A DNA stretch of 64,000 nucleotides from Verrucomicrobiota bacterium (GTDB lineage Bacteria; Verrucomicrobiota; Verrucomicrobiia; Opitutales; UBA953), in NCBI GenBank assembly GCA_030830965.1, contig JAURLX010000003.1, positions 11,157-75,156 on the forward strand. Direction: 5' to 3'. Numbering within the stretch: position 1 is the stretch's first letter; each line of letters begins with the position of its first letter. A program made the position numbers and the translations under genes. Of the stretch, positions 20,647 through 29,345 are shown piece after piece. The notes beneath the pieces are model-generated. The model was given only the letters and a program-made list of their open reading frames with translations. It did no database searches and was not told the DNA's origin.

Positions 20647-21129
20647 TCAGGGGCTGACGGAGGGACGGTCGCGGCGCGAACCGTCAGCCGAGACGACGAA
20701 GCCGTCGCGCTTGTAGGCGCGGAGGAAGAAGTGCGTGGACGTCCCCTGGACGCCCTCGATGCGGGCGAGCCGCTCATGCACGAAGCCGGCGACCTTATAG
20801 AGGTTGTCGGCCGTCACCACGACGAGGAGGTCATAGCCGCCGGACATGAGGTGGCAGCTCTCGACCTGCTCGAAGGCGCTGATGCGTTCGGCGATGCCGT
20901 CGAAGCCGCCCAGGCCCTCCGGACGGAGCTTGATCTCGATCACGGCGCGCACCCGGCTCTCGGCCTCGAAGGAGGGGTTGAGCACCGGACGCATGCCCAG
21001 CAGCACGCCCTGCGCGCGCAGCTCGGCGAGCTCGCGCTCGACGGCGTCGGCGCCGAGGCCGAGGATCCTGCCGATCTGGGCGGTGTCGAGGGCCTCGCCC
21101 TCGAGGAGGAGCTTGAGTACGGAGTTCAT
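20647..21129 (-). CDS. Lrp/AsnC-family transcriptional regulator
   Basis: ORF 20647..21180 trimmed to the ATG at 21129, which avoids overlap with aroG. N-terminal HTH (LDTAQIGRILGLGADAVERELAELRAQGVL) plus a RAM-like C-terminal domain. Confidence 0.8.
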   Translation of the reverse strand: MNSVLKLLLEGEALDTAQIGRILGLGADAVERELAELRAQGVLLGMRPVLNPSFEAESRVRAVIEIKLRPEGLGGFDGIAERISAFEQVESCHLMSGGYDLLVVVTADNLYKVAGFVHERLARIEGVQGTSTHFFLRAYKRDGFVVSADGSRRDRPSVSP

Positions 21130-21145
21130 GGCGGCGGGTGTGGGT

Positions 21146-22207
21146 TCAGGAGACACGGCGGCGGCGGACGGCGGCGGCAAGGGACTCGAGGACGGGCACG
21201 GTCTGCTCGAAGGAGATGCAGGCGTCGGTGATGCTGCAGCCGTGCACGGAGCCCGAGGGACCCTTCCAGTCCTGACGGCCCTCGGCTAGGTGGCTCTCGA
21301 TCATGACGCCCGCGAGCTGGCGGGAGCCGGCGGCGACCTGGGCGGCAAGGTCCTCGGCCACGACCGGCTGGCGGCGGTGGTCCTTGGAGCTGTTGCCATG
21401 GGAGCAGTCGACGACGATGCGGGAGGTCAGGCCCGCCTTGCGGACGCGCTCCGCCGCCTCCGCGACGGCCTCGGCCCCGTAGTTCGGACCGGTGCGAGAT
21501 CCGCCCCGCAGAATGAGATGGGCGTCCGGATTTCCAGAGGTCTGGAAGATGGCGACGATGCCGTCTTTGGTCACGGAGGGGAACCAGTGGGAGGAGCGGG
21601 CCGAGAGGCACGCGTCGACGGCCACCTGGACGGAGCCGTCGGTGCCGTTCTTGAAGCCGACGGGCATGGAGAGCCCGGAGGCGAGCTCCCGGTGGATCTG
21701 GCTTTCGGTGGTGCGAGCGCCGATGGCCCCGTAGGACACCAAGTCGGCCACATATTGGGGGGTGATTGGGTCGAGAAACTCGGTCGCGGCGGGCAGGCCA
21801 ATCTCGGTGATGTCGGCGAGCAGCTGCCGGGCGAGGCGCAGCCCTTCGTTGATGCGGAAGGAGCCGTCGACCCGGGGGTCGTTGATGAGCCCCTTCCAGC
21901 CCACGGTCGTCCGGGGTTTCTCAAAATAGACCCGCATGATGACGAGGAGGTCCTGGCTGAGGCGGGAGGCCTCCTGCGCCAGCAGCCCGGCGTACTCCCG
22001 GGCAGCCCCGACATCGTGGACCGAACAAGGCCCGACCACGACCAGCAGACGGTCGTCCTGCCCGGAAATGATGCGTGAAGCGTCCCGTCGGGCGGCCGTG
22101 ACCACCTCGGTAGCCTTCTCCGAGGGACGGATGTCCTGGAGCACGAGCGCAGGAGTCAGCAGGGGCTGCTGGCTGCGGATGCGCAGATCGTCCGTATTGT
22201 GGTACAT
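21146..22207 (-). CDS. aroG: 3-deoxy-7-phosphoheptulonate (DAHP) synthase, class I
   Basis: ORF trimmed to the ATG at 22207 (MYHNTDDLRIRSQQPLLTP...). LLVVVGPCSVHD, KPRTTVGWKGLINDP and IGARTTESQIHRE are class-I DAHPS motifs. The isozyme is not assignable. Confidence 0.9.
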   Translation of the reverse strand: MYHNTDDLRIRSQQPLLTPALVLQDIRPSEKATEVVTAARRDASRIISGQDDRLLVVVGPCSVHDVGAAREYAGLLAQEASRLSQDLLVIMRVYFEKPRTTVGWKGLINDPRVDGSFRINEGLRLARQLLADITEIGLPAATEFLDPITPQYVADLVSYGAIGARTTESQIHRELASGLSMPVGFKNGTDGSVQVAVDACLSARSSHWFPSVTKDGIVAIFQTSGNPDAHLILRGGSRTGPNYGAEAVAEAAERVRKAGLTSRIVVDCSHGNSSKDHRRQPVVAEDLAAQVAAGSRQLAGVMIESHLAEGRQDWKGPSGSVHGCSITDACISFEQTVPVLESLAAAVRRRRVS

Positions 22208-22263
22208 GTAATGGGCCTTTCCTTGAGGGAAAAGGGGATGAATGAAGGGCCGCGCCCCCCCAG

Positions 22264-22276
22264 GTGTCAATGACAC
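22264..22276. promoter_or_regulatory. Perfect 6-1-6 palindrome GTGTCA-A-TGACAC (candidate Fur-family operator) in the aroG/fur divergent region
   Basis: Read directly. It lies about 10 nt upstream of a TTGACG hexamer (22286-22291) and 38 nt upstream of the fur-like ORF. Confidence 0.35.
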
Positions 22277-22313
22277 GTCCCGGGCTTGACGGACGGCACC
22301 CACCTTCTCAATT

Positions 22314-22802
22314 GTGTCTCAAAAGAGGATGTCCAAGCCGTCTCCATCCGACTCGCTCGAGCACGCGGGCGCCTTCAGGGCCTTCATCGCCCAGAAGGGG
22401 CTACGCGCCACGCGCCAGCGGATGGCGATCTTCGAGGCGGCGCGCTCCGTCTCCGGTCACTACACGGCGGAGGACCTGCTCCGCAAGGCCCGGGCGCTCG
22501 ACCGGACCGTGTCGCGGGCGACCATCTACCGGGCCCTGCCCCTGCTGGTAGGCAGTGGCGCCGTGCGCGAAGTCGACGTGGGCCGCGACCACAAGTACTA
22601 CCTCGCCGAGGCGGGCGGCAGCGCCTTCCAGGCCCAGCTTGTCTGCGAGGACTGCGACACGATCGTGGAAGTCGACGCCCCGTTCATGGAATGGTACGGC
22701 AAGGCCGTGGCGGCAAAGCACGGCATGCATCCCATCTCCCAGAAGCTGCAGGTCACCGCGCTCTGCGAGCGATGCCAGAAGCGCCGCCCCGCCCGCCCAT
22801 GA
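22314..22802 (+). CDS. Fur-family transcriptional regulator (atypical, lacks the His-rich sensing motif)
   Basis: Winged helix ([28 protein letters not shown]...[18 protein letters not shown]) and two CxxC pairs (CEDC...CERC). The track start is GTG 22314; an alternative ATG lies at 22329. Confidence 0.8.
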   Translation: MSQKRMSKPSPSDSLEHAGAFRAFIAQKGLRATRQRMAIFEAARSVSGHYTAEDLLRKARALDRTVSRATIYRALPLLVGSGAVREVDVGRDHKYYLAEAGGSAFQAQLVCEDCDTIVEVDAPFMEWYGKAVAAKHGMHPISQKLQVTALCERCQKRRPARP

Positions 22803-23773
22803 ACGCCCCGCCCGCCCCCGCCGTCTTCCCGCCGCTGCCTCAGGACGTGCCGCTCTCCGACCTCCAGCGCGAGGTCATCGCGCTGAAACGCGAGAAGCAG
22901 GCCGTCATCCTCGCCCACAACTACCAGTGCGAGGACATCCAGGGCGTGGCCGACTTCGTAGGGGACTCGCTGGGGCTCGCCTACCGCGCGGCCGAGACCA
23001 GCAGCCCGACCATCGTCTTCTGCGGGGTGCATTTCATGGCCGAGACGGCGAAGATCGTGAATCCGGGACGACGCGTGCTGCTGCCGGACATGGAGGCGGG
23101 CTGCTCGCTCGCCGACTCCTGCCCCGCGGAGAAGCTCGCCGCCGCGAGGAAGGCCGACCCTTCGCTCTACGTGGTCGCCTACATCAACTGCAGCGCCGCG
23201 GTGAAGGCGCTCTCCGACGTCATCTGCACCAGCGGCAACGCATCCAAGATCGTCGGCCGCGTCCCGGCCGACCGCCCCGTCCTCTTCGTGCCCGACCAGA
23301 ACCTCGGCCGCTGGGTCTCCGCCCGCACCGGACGTCCGATGCGGCTATGGCCGGGGAACTGCTACGCGCACGTGCAGTTCACGCCCGGAGCCCTGCTGCG
23401 CGCCAAGGCGGCCCACCCGGGCGCGCCGGTGGTCGCGCACCCGGAATGCACGGAGGCGGTGCGCGACATCGCCGACATGGTCTGCTCCACGGAATTGATG
23501 GTCGCCTGGTGCAGGGAGCAGAGCGCGGGGACGATCATCGTCGCGACGGAGTCCGGCATGATTCACCGCCTCCGCCGGGAGGTGCCGCTCAAGACATTCG
23601 TCGCCGCGCCGACCGACCGCTGCTCCTGCAACGAGTGCAAGTTCATGAAAATGAACACCCTCCAGAAGGTGCGCGACTGCCTGGTCAAAGGCTCTCCCGA
23701 AATCACGCTTCCCGAGGAAATCCGCTCCAGAGCCGAGATACCCCTCCGCAGGATGCTGGAATGGAGCCGATGA
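22799..23773 (+). CDS. nadA: Quinolinate synthase
   Basis: ORF 22286..23773 trimmed to the ATG at 22799, which overlaps the fur stop (ATGA). [44 protein letters not shown] and [10 protein letters not shown]. 324 aa. Confidence 0.93.
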   Translation: MNAPPAPAVFPPLPQDVPLSDLQREVIALKREKQAVILAHNYQCEDIQGVADFVGDSLGLAYRAAETSSPTIVFCGVHFMAETAKIVNPGRRVLLPDMEAGCSLADSCPAEKLAAARKADPSLYVVAYINCSAAVKALSDVICTSGNASKIVGRVPADRPVLFVPDQNLGRWVSARTGRPMRLWPGNCYAHVQFTPGALLRAKAAHPGAPVVAHPECTEAVRDIADMVCSTELMVAWCREQSAGTIIVATESGMIHRLRREVPLKTFVAAPTDRCSCNECKFMKMNTLQKVRDCLVKGSPEITLPEEIRSRAEIPLRRMLEWSR

Positions 23774-23846
23774 GCACAGGTCAGACGAGGTAAATCGCCC
23801 ATCCGATAATAATAATCTGGAACTTGCGCCCTACGCATGTTTCTCA

Positions 23847-24227
23847 ATGATTGATATCCTGACACGACGCGCACCCAGACACGGAACAATTATGAAAATC
23901 GACCTCAACCCTTCCACGTTCACCTCCAAAGATGCATTCGTCCGGGCCGCCCTCTCCAAGGCGCGCGACCTCGCCGTGCGGAGCTGGGAGGACGAGCACA
24001 CGGAACGGCGTACGCTGATCGAACGCGAGGTCTCTTCTCTCTCCAAGCAGGAGCTCGCCCGCAGGCTGATCAAATTCCTCTCCCGCCCCAGCCGGGCCCG
24101 CGCCCAGATCTCCGAGTCCATGCGCAGCCGCGCCAAGACGATGCGCAAGAAGGGCGCCCCGGTGCGTGAGATCGCGGCCGAACTGGGCGTCTCCATCCCT
24201 TCGGTCTACAACATCACCAAGGACTGA
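23847..24227 (+). CDS. Small helix-turn-helix protein (resolvase/Hin-type HTH at the C-terminus), function unknown
   Basis: The C-terminal MRKKGAPVREIAAELGVSIPSVYNITKD looks like an HTH_7/HTH_23-type motif. The start is uncertain (ATG 23847 or 23892). The 5' part sits in an AT-richer patch. Confidence 0.45.
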   Translation: MIDILTRRAPRHGTIMKIDLNPSTFTSKDAFVRAALSKARDLAVRSWEDEHTERRTLIEREVSSLSKQELARRLIKFLSRPSRARAQISESMRSRAKTMRKKGAPVREIAAELGVSIPSVYNITKD

Positions 24228-24263
24228 CCTTGCCTCGGAAGGCGCGTCCGTTTGGATGCGCCG

Positions 24264-24941
24264 ATGGCCGAATGGGACCGAGGAGATCCCGCCCGGGGAC
24301 CCGCGAGCCGGCCCTTGGCGACCGGCGGCACGCTTGACGTCGACTCGCTCAAGGCCGCCTACCGGGCAGGGGTGTTCCCTTGGTACTCGCACGGAGAGCC
24401 GGTCCAATGGTGGTGCCCCGACCCGAGGTTCGTGATGCGACCGGCCGACGCGCGCATCTCCGCCAGCCTTCGCCGCACCTTGCGCGAGGCGGCCTGGGAG
24501 GTCTCCTGCGATCGCGATTTCGAGGGCGTGATGCGCGCCTGCGCGGAACAGCCGCGCCCAGGCCAGTCAGGCACGTGGATCACGGAGGAGATGGTCGCCG
24601 CCTACTGCGGCCTACACCGTGCCGGACTGGCCCACAGCGTCGAAGTGAGACGCGGCGGCCAGCTCGTCGGAGGGCTCTACGGCGTGGCCCTGGGGACGGT
24701 GTTCCATGGCGAGTCGATGTTCCACCGCGAAAAGGACGCGTCCAAAGTGGCCTTCGCGCACCTCGTCTCCCGCCTCGAAGCCAGCGGCTTCCGGCTCATC
24801 GACTGCCAGGTGCCCACCCGGCACCTCGCCTCGTTGGGAGCGTTCGCGGTGAGCCGTGAGGCGTTCCTCGCCGCGCTGAGGTCCTGGCGAGACGAACGTC
24901 CCCCGGGCGACCCGTGGATCAGCCCTCCCGGTCCCGCCTGA
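24264..24941 (+). CDS. aat: Leucyl/phenylalanyl-tRNA--protein transferase
   Basis: The track start at 24252 is TTG; the first ATG is at 24264. LKAAYRAGVFPWYSHGEPVQWWCPDPRFV and GGLYGVALGTVFHGESMF are typical of Aat. Confidence 0.88.
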   Translation: MAEWDRGDPARGPASRPLATGGTLDVDSLKAAYRAGVFPWYSHGEPVQWWCPDPRFVMRPADARISASLRRTLREAAWEVSCDRDFEGVMRACAEQPRPGQSGTWITEEMVAAYCGLHRAGLAHSVEVRRGGQLVGGLYGVALGTVFHGESMFHREKDASKVAFAHLVSRLEASGFRLIDCQVPTRHLASLGAFAVSREAFLAALRSWRDERPPGDPWISPPGPA

Positions 24942-25485
24942 TGAGCGCGCGGGCCTCGCGGTCATAGACGCGACCCACGATGTCGCAGAGCTGCTGCAGC
25001 GAACGACCGTCGGTGTAGACCGCCACGCCTGCCCTGAGGTAAGCCTGCTCGCGCGACCGCATCAGCTCGCGCACCCGGGTCTCGAGGTCGACTCCGTTCA
25101 GAAGCGGACGACGGCTGTTGCCCGCCGTGCGTCGCAGGATGGTCTCGACGGAGGCGAAGAGGCAGACGACCACACCCTTGGACCTCGCCAGCTCGGCCAT
25201 GCCCTCGGGAATCACCAGGCCACCGCCGCACGCGATGACCGCGCCCGCGTCCGGCAGGTGCGACGTGACCACCTCGCGCTCGAGTTCGCGGAAGCGCGCC
25301 TCGCCGTGCTTCTCGAACAGCTCCGGGATGGACATGCCGGCGAGCCGCTCCACGGCCTCATCGGTGTCGACGAACGGCCGACGCCAGCGCCTGGCCAGCT
25401 GACGGCCGAGCGCCGACTTACCGGTGCCCATGAAGCCCGCCAGAAGCAGGTTGGGCGCAGGCGGCCTGGAATCGGCGGGCGGCAT
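24919..25485 (-). CDS. aroK: Shikimate kinase
   Basis: ORF 24919..25752 trimmed to the ATG at 25485. P-loop LLLAGFMGTGKSALGRQLA, VDTDEAVE and ACGGG. 188 aa. Confidence 0.9.
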   Translation of the reverse strand: MPPADSRPPAPNLLLAGFMGTGKSALGRQLARRWRRPFVDTDEAVERLAGMSIPELFEKHGEARFRELEREVVTSHLPDAGAVIACGGGLVIPEGMAELARSKGVVVCLFASVETILRRTAGNSRRPLLNGVDLETRVRELMRSREQAYLRAGVAVYTDGRSLQQLCDIVGRVYDREARALIRRDREG

Positions 25486-25532
25486 GCTCCAATGGCAAGC
25501 CCGACCGCCCCTTTCCGCAAGCCGCAAGCGGT

Positions 25533-26402
25533 TCAGCGTACCAGCTCGAGCGCGGCCTTGGCACGGGAGGCCAAGCGCTCGGAAAGCCCCTGCGACGCCT
25601 CCTGGAGCTGCGGCAGCTCCTTGGCGGTGAAGATCCGCGGCGCAGCGTCCCAGGCCGCCTCGCTGACCTCGTTCGCCGGGCCCTTGAGCAGCGGCAGCAC
25701 GGCGGCCTTGTCCACCTTGACGCCAGGACGGCAGGCGACGACACGGAGCCACGCCGCCCGGGCGGCGGGCGAGGAGCCGGCGAGCGAGACGGGCGCCGTG
25801 CGGGCGGCGACCGACGACGGCAGGCGAAGGATCTCGTCCTCGATCTCCTGCGCCTGCGAGCGCTGCGTCGCCTTGGCGAGACGCTCCCAGAGGATCGGCG
25901 CCGCCTCCTTGCTGCTCACCCGGCGCAGCAGCCGTGAGGCACGCTGGGCGATCGCGAAGTCCTCCGAACGTGCGAGGGCAGCGAGGTCGGAGGCCTTGAG
26001 CGGAAGGTCCTTCTCGGTCCTGCGCCCGTCCAGCAGCCGTTCCGTCTCGGCGAGCTTGGTCTGCGGGGTCGAGCCTTCGGGCGCGGGGTAGTTCTTGGGA
26101 ATCCTGCCGTGCACGGGGGCCGGACGCACGGCGGGGTCGAAGGCCAGCACCGCCTCGAGGGCGGCCCGGACCTCGGGATCTTCCTGGCGATCGCGCGCGG
26201 CCTTCACCGCGGCGAACCAGGCCTTCGAGTCATCGCTGGCGGAGGAGAAGGCGCGCGAACGGTCGGCGATCTCCTGCTGGGCGGCGATGCGCTCGGCGGG
26301 AATGCCGAGCCGGCTGAAGGGCGCCTCATCGGGACCGGGCGCGGCGAAGCCGCGGACGCAGATGAAGGCGAGCAGGAGGACGGGGAGCTGGTGGAGTTTC
26401 AT
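25533..26402 (-). CDS. Hypothetical secreted helical protein
   Basis: Signal peptide MKLHQLPVLLLAFICVRGFAAPG. 289 aa, Ala/Arg/Glu-rich and possibly HEAT-like helical. No family recognised. Confidence 0.6.
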   Translation of the reverse strand: MKLHQLPVLLLAFICVRGFAAPGPDEAPFSRLGIPAERIAAQQEIADRSRAFSSASDDSKAWFAAVKAARDRQEDPEVRAALEAVLAFDPAVRPAPVHGRIPKNYPAPEGSTPQTKLAETERLLDGRRTEKDLPLKASDLAALARSEDFAIAQRASRLLRRVSSKEAAPILWERLAKATQRSQAQEIEDEILRLPSSVAARTAPVSLAGSSPAARAAWLRVVACRPGVKVDKAAVLPLLKGPANEVSEAAWDAAPRIFTAKELPQLQEASQGLSERLASRAKAALELVR

Positions 26403-26412
26403 GTCGGGAAAG

Positions 26413-27039
26413 TCAGGCGGGGCGCAGGCGGGACACGGACGCGAGGTGGGGCCGGCCGAGCGCCACGACCGCGAGCAGCGCCCCGATCAGGGCGCAGAGC
26501 ATGTCCGCCTGTGTGTCCCAGGCGAAGCCCTGGGTGCCGAGGAACGCGTCGGCCGACTGGCCGATGACCGCAGCGGCGAGCCATTCGAAGAGCTCGTAGA
26601 GGGCGCTGAAGGCGAGGGCCGCGGACACCGCGAAAGCCGAGCCCAGCATCGTGCCGCGCACGGCGCCGGAACGGACGACCCACTCCCGCACGAGGAGCGC
26701 CGGCGTCACGCCCTGCAGGAGATGACCGAGCCGGTCGTAGGGGTTGCGCTCCTGGCCGAGCCATTGCGCGACGACCTTGCCAGCCGGCACCTCGGCGTAG
26801 GTCCAGTGCGCGCCCACGACGAGCACGAGCGCGTGGACGAAGAGCGTCCGGCCGAGCAGCCGCGAGGGCGGTGAGGCCAGCAGCCATGCGAAGGGGGCGA
26901 GCAGGAAGACGGGGGCGGACTCCAACGACCAGGTGAGCAGGTCGCGGCAGCCATACGCGCTGGACGCGGCGGCGAGGAGCGAGAGTGTAGCGAGGGCGCG
27001 AAACTCCCGGCGGGCGGAATGGATCCTCAGATCGTCCAT
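26413..27039 (-). CDS. Integral membrane protein, YjdF/DUF2238-like
   Basis: About 6 hydrophobic segments. NPYDRLGHLLQG and FLGTQGFAWDTQADM resemble the DUF2238 conserved blocks as I remember them. Confidence 0.5.
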   Translation of the reverse strand: MDDLRIHSARREFRALATLSLLAAASSAYGCRDLLTWSLESAPVFLLAPFAWLLASPPSRLLGRTLFVHALVLVVGAHWTYAEVPAGKVVAQWLGQERNPYDRLGHLLQGVTPALLVREWVVRSGAVRGTMLGSAFAVSAALAFSALYELFEWLAAAVIGQSADAFLGTQGFAWDTQADMLCALIGALLAVVALGRPHLASVSRLRPA

Positions 27040-28310
27040 GATCCGCGGAACGCGGGGGTGTGCAGACGATCCGCCTGCGCGTCGCCCACGAAACCTGATC
27101 CGTCGGCCTTGAAGGTGAGCTTGCGACCCAGCCGGACCGAGAGCGCGGAGAGATTGACCAGGGTTGAGCTGAAGAAGGCCTCGGTGACGCCGTAGCCGAA
27201 GGGTCGCTTCTCGCGGGCGCAGAGGTCGAAGTCGTCCTCCTGGAACTCAGGCAGCGGGTATTCGGCCGCCTTGCGGAGCAGCTCGGGGCGGTCGCTGCGC
27301 ATGCCGGCGAAGAGCTTGCCGTTAGGACCCTCGAGGAACGGGCTGTCGGGACGACGCTCGGCGAGCTCCGATTCAAGGATGATGCGGGTGCCGTCTTTAT
27401 AGGTGAGCGTCACCGTCTTCCAGACGCCGCAGGCCACGGGATCCTGCGGGGGCGCGTCGCACTCCACCGTGACGGGATGCTCCCGGTCCTTGCCGAGGAA
27501 GTACTGGACCGGGTCGAGGAAGTGCTGTCCCATGTCCCCGAGGCCGCCCTGGTCGAAGTTCCAGTAGCCCCGGAAGGAGCCGTGCGAACGATGAGGATGA
27601 TAGGGGATGAGCGGAGAAGGACCGCAGTAGAGATCCCAGTCCAGGTGCTCGGGCACGGGCTCGGGCTTGAGGTCGGGCCGGCCGGTCCAGAGGTTGACCT
27701 TCCACTGGATGCCGCCCACGGGCGCGAGGCGGACGGTGAGCGGACCGCCGAGAACGCCGCTCGCGACCACCCGGCGGATCTCTCGCGCCGGACCGACGCC
27801 GTAGTAGTTCGTGCGGTTGAGGCGGAACCAGGTGTTCACGCGGAACGGGACGCCGGTCTGCTCGACGACACGGCGCAGGGCGAGGCCCTCGCCGATGGTG
27901 CGGGTGAGCGGCTTCTCGCACCAGACCGACTTGCCCCGGCGGGCGGCGGCGGCGGCGATGACGCCGTGCCAGTGGGGCGGGGTGCAGACATGGACCACGT
28001 CGGCGTCGGGCAACGCGATCACGTCGCGGAAATCCCGGGCGACGAGCGGCGTACCGCCGCCGGCCTTGACGACCTCGTCGTGCTTGGCCTTCGCCCGCTT
28101 GGCGTCCACGTCGCAGACCGCGATGATGCGGTTCGCGCCGGTCATGCGCGGCGAGCTGTGCATCTTGGAGATGCCTCCGCAGCCGACGATGACGTGGTTG
28201 AGCGTCTCGCTCGGCGGGATGAATCCGCGTCCGAGCACGTGACGGGGCACGATGGTGAAGCCCGCGGCCAGGGCGGCCTTGCGGAGGAATGCACGACGGG
28301 GCGATCGCAT
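27027..28310 (-). CDS. Tat-exported Gfo/Idh/MocA-family oxidoreductase
   Basis: The track start at 28337 is GTG; the ATG at 28310 gives MRSPRRAFLRKAALAAGF, a twin-arginine signal. Rossmann motif VIVGCGGISKMH. The 3' end overlaps the next gene start by 13 nt. Confidence 0.8.
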   Translation of the reverse strand: MRSPRRAFLRKAALAAGFTIVPRHVLGRGFIPPSETLNHVIVGCGGISKMHSSPRMTGANRIIAVCDVDAKRAKAKHDEVVKAGGGTPLVARDFRDVIALPDADVVHVCTPPHWHGVIAAAAARRGKSVWCEKPLTRTIGEGLALRRVVEQTGVPFRVNTWFRLNRTNYYGVGPAREIRRVVASGVLGGPLTVRLAPVGGIQWKVNLWTGRPDLKPEPVPEHLDWDLYCGPSPLIPYHPHRSHGSFRGYWNFDQGGLGDMGQHFLDPVQYFLGKDREHPVTVECDAPPQDPVACGVWKTVTLTYKDGTRIILESELAERRPDSPFLEGPNGKLFAGMRSDRPELLRKAAEYPLPEFQEDDFDLCAREKRPFGYGVTEAFFSSTLVNLSALSVRLGRKLTFKADGSGFVGDAQADRLHTPAFRGSWTI

Positions 28311-28459
28311 ACCGTGGGTTACGCCATTTGCGGGCACGGTTCAATAAACTTGGTTCCCCGCCGCCATTATTGCGGACTTACGCTCGTTAACCGCGGCCCG
28401 CGGGCGGTTTCAGGCTGGAAATACCCGTGGAGCGCACGCAAAGTCGGACATTTAAGACC

Positions 28460-29329
28460 ATGGACGTCTACATCGACGGGAAGTTCCATCCCAAGGCCGA
28501 GGCCAAAGTATCGGTCTTCGACCACGGCTACCTCTACGGAGACGGCGTGTTCGAGGGCATCAGGCTCTACCAGGGCTGCGTCTTCCGCCTCGAGGAACAC
28601 CTGGAGCGACTGGAGATGTCCGCCAAGGCCATCTGCCTCACCCTGCCCTGGTCACGCAAGGAGATCTCCGACATCGTGTGCGAGTCCTGCCGCCGCAACG
28701 GGCTCACCGACGGCTACATCCGTCTGGTCGTGTCCCGCGGCGAAGGCGACCTGGGGCTCTCGCCCCGGAACTGTGCCAAGCCATCCATCGTCTGCATCGC
28801 CGACACCATCAAGCTCTACCCTGAGGAGCTCTACGCCTCCGGCATGAAGATCATCACCGCGCCGACCCGCCGCATCGGCCCGGCGGCCCTGCCGCCGATG
28901 ATCAAGTCCCTCAACTACCTGAACAACATCCTGGCCAAGATCGAGGCCCAGCAGCACGGGTACCACGAATGCCTCATGCTCAACGAGCAGGGCTACGTGG
29001 CCGAGTGCACGGGGGACAACGTCTTCCTCATCTCCAAGGGGCGTCTCATCACCCCCGCATCCCACTCCGGGGCGCTGGTCGGGATCACGCGCCAGGTCGC
29101 CCTGGAGATCGCCGGCACCCTCGGCATCCCGGTCGTCGAGACCAACATCACCCGCTACGACGTCTGGAACGCCGACGAATGCTTCCTCACCGGCACCGCC
29201 GCGGAAGTCATCCCGGTCACGGAGGTCGACGGCCGGCAGATCGGCCCCGGCAAGCCCGGGCCGTTCACCGCCTCGATCCGTGCGGAGTTCCGCAAGAAGG
29301 CGTCCCGCGAGGGCACGATGATCCGCTGA
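28460..29329 (+). CDS. ilvE: Branched-chain amino-acid aminotransferase (fold-type IV PLP enzyme)
   Basis: ORF 28427..29329 trimmed to the ATG at 28460. VSVFDHGYLYGDGVFEGIRLY, IKSLNYLNNILAK and ECTGDNVF. 289 aa. Confidence 0.85.
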   Translation: MDVYIDGKFHPKAEAKVSVFDHGYLYGDGVFEGIRLYQGCVFRLEEHLERLEMSAKAICLTLPWSRKEISDIVCESCRRNGLTDGYIRLVVSRGEGDLGLSPRNCAKPSIVCIADTIKLYPEELYASGMKIITAPTRRIGPAALPPMIKSLNYLNNILAKIEAQQHGYHECLMLNEQGYVAECTGDNVFLISKGRLITPASHSGALVGITRQVALEIAGTLGIPVVETNITRYDVWNADECFLTGTAAEVIPVTEVDGRQIGPGKPGPFTASIRAEFRKKASREGTMIR

Positions 29330-29345
29330 GGGTCGGCTTCAGGGC

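Noticed and set aside
17360-20716. 1118-aa plus-strand ORF
   Set aside because: It is antisense to fmt, der and the aminotransferase, all of which have clear motifs. Long stop-free antisense frames are expected at this GC content. Its product is low-complexity (G/R/A/D/L-rich).
22286-22798. N-terminal extensions of track ORFs: nadA 22286, sucD 43765, TM2 protein 44679, DUF983-like 8174, small leu ORF 47032, ABCG-like 40754, rpsB 9783, aroK 25752
   Set aside because: The extended parts overlap the preceding, well-supported gene in another frame and are Arg/Pro-rich. Internal ATGs give proteins of canonical length that begin with family-typical N-termini.
25486-25532. Tandem CCGCAAG-CCGCAAG between the aroK start and the upstream gene stop
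   Set aside because: It has only two 7-nt copies in a 47-nt spacer. That is too short to distinguish from chance, and it also forms a trivial 4-bp hairpin.
26399-28344. Alternative-frame minus-strand ORFs 26399..27376 (325 aa) and 27397..28344 (315 aa)
   Set aside because: They overlap the YjdF-like and Gfo/Idh/MocA genes in other frames. Their products are Arg/Pro/Gly-rich and have no motifs.
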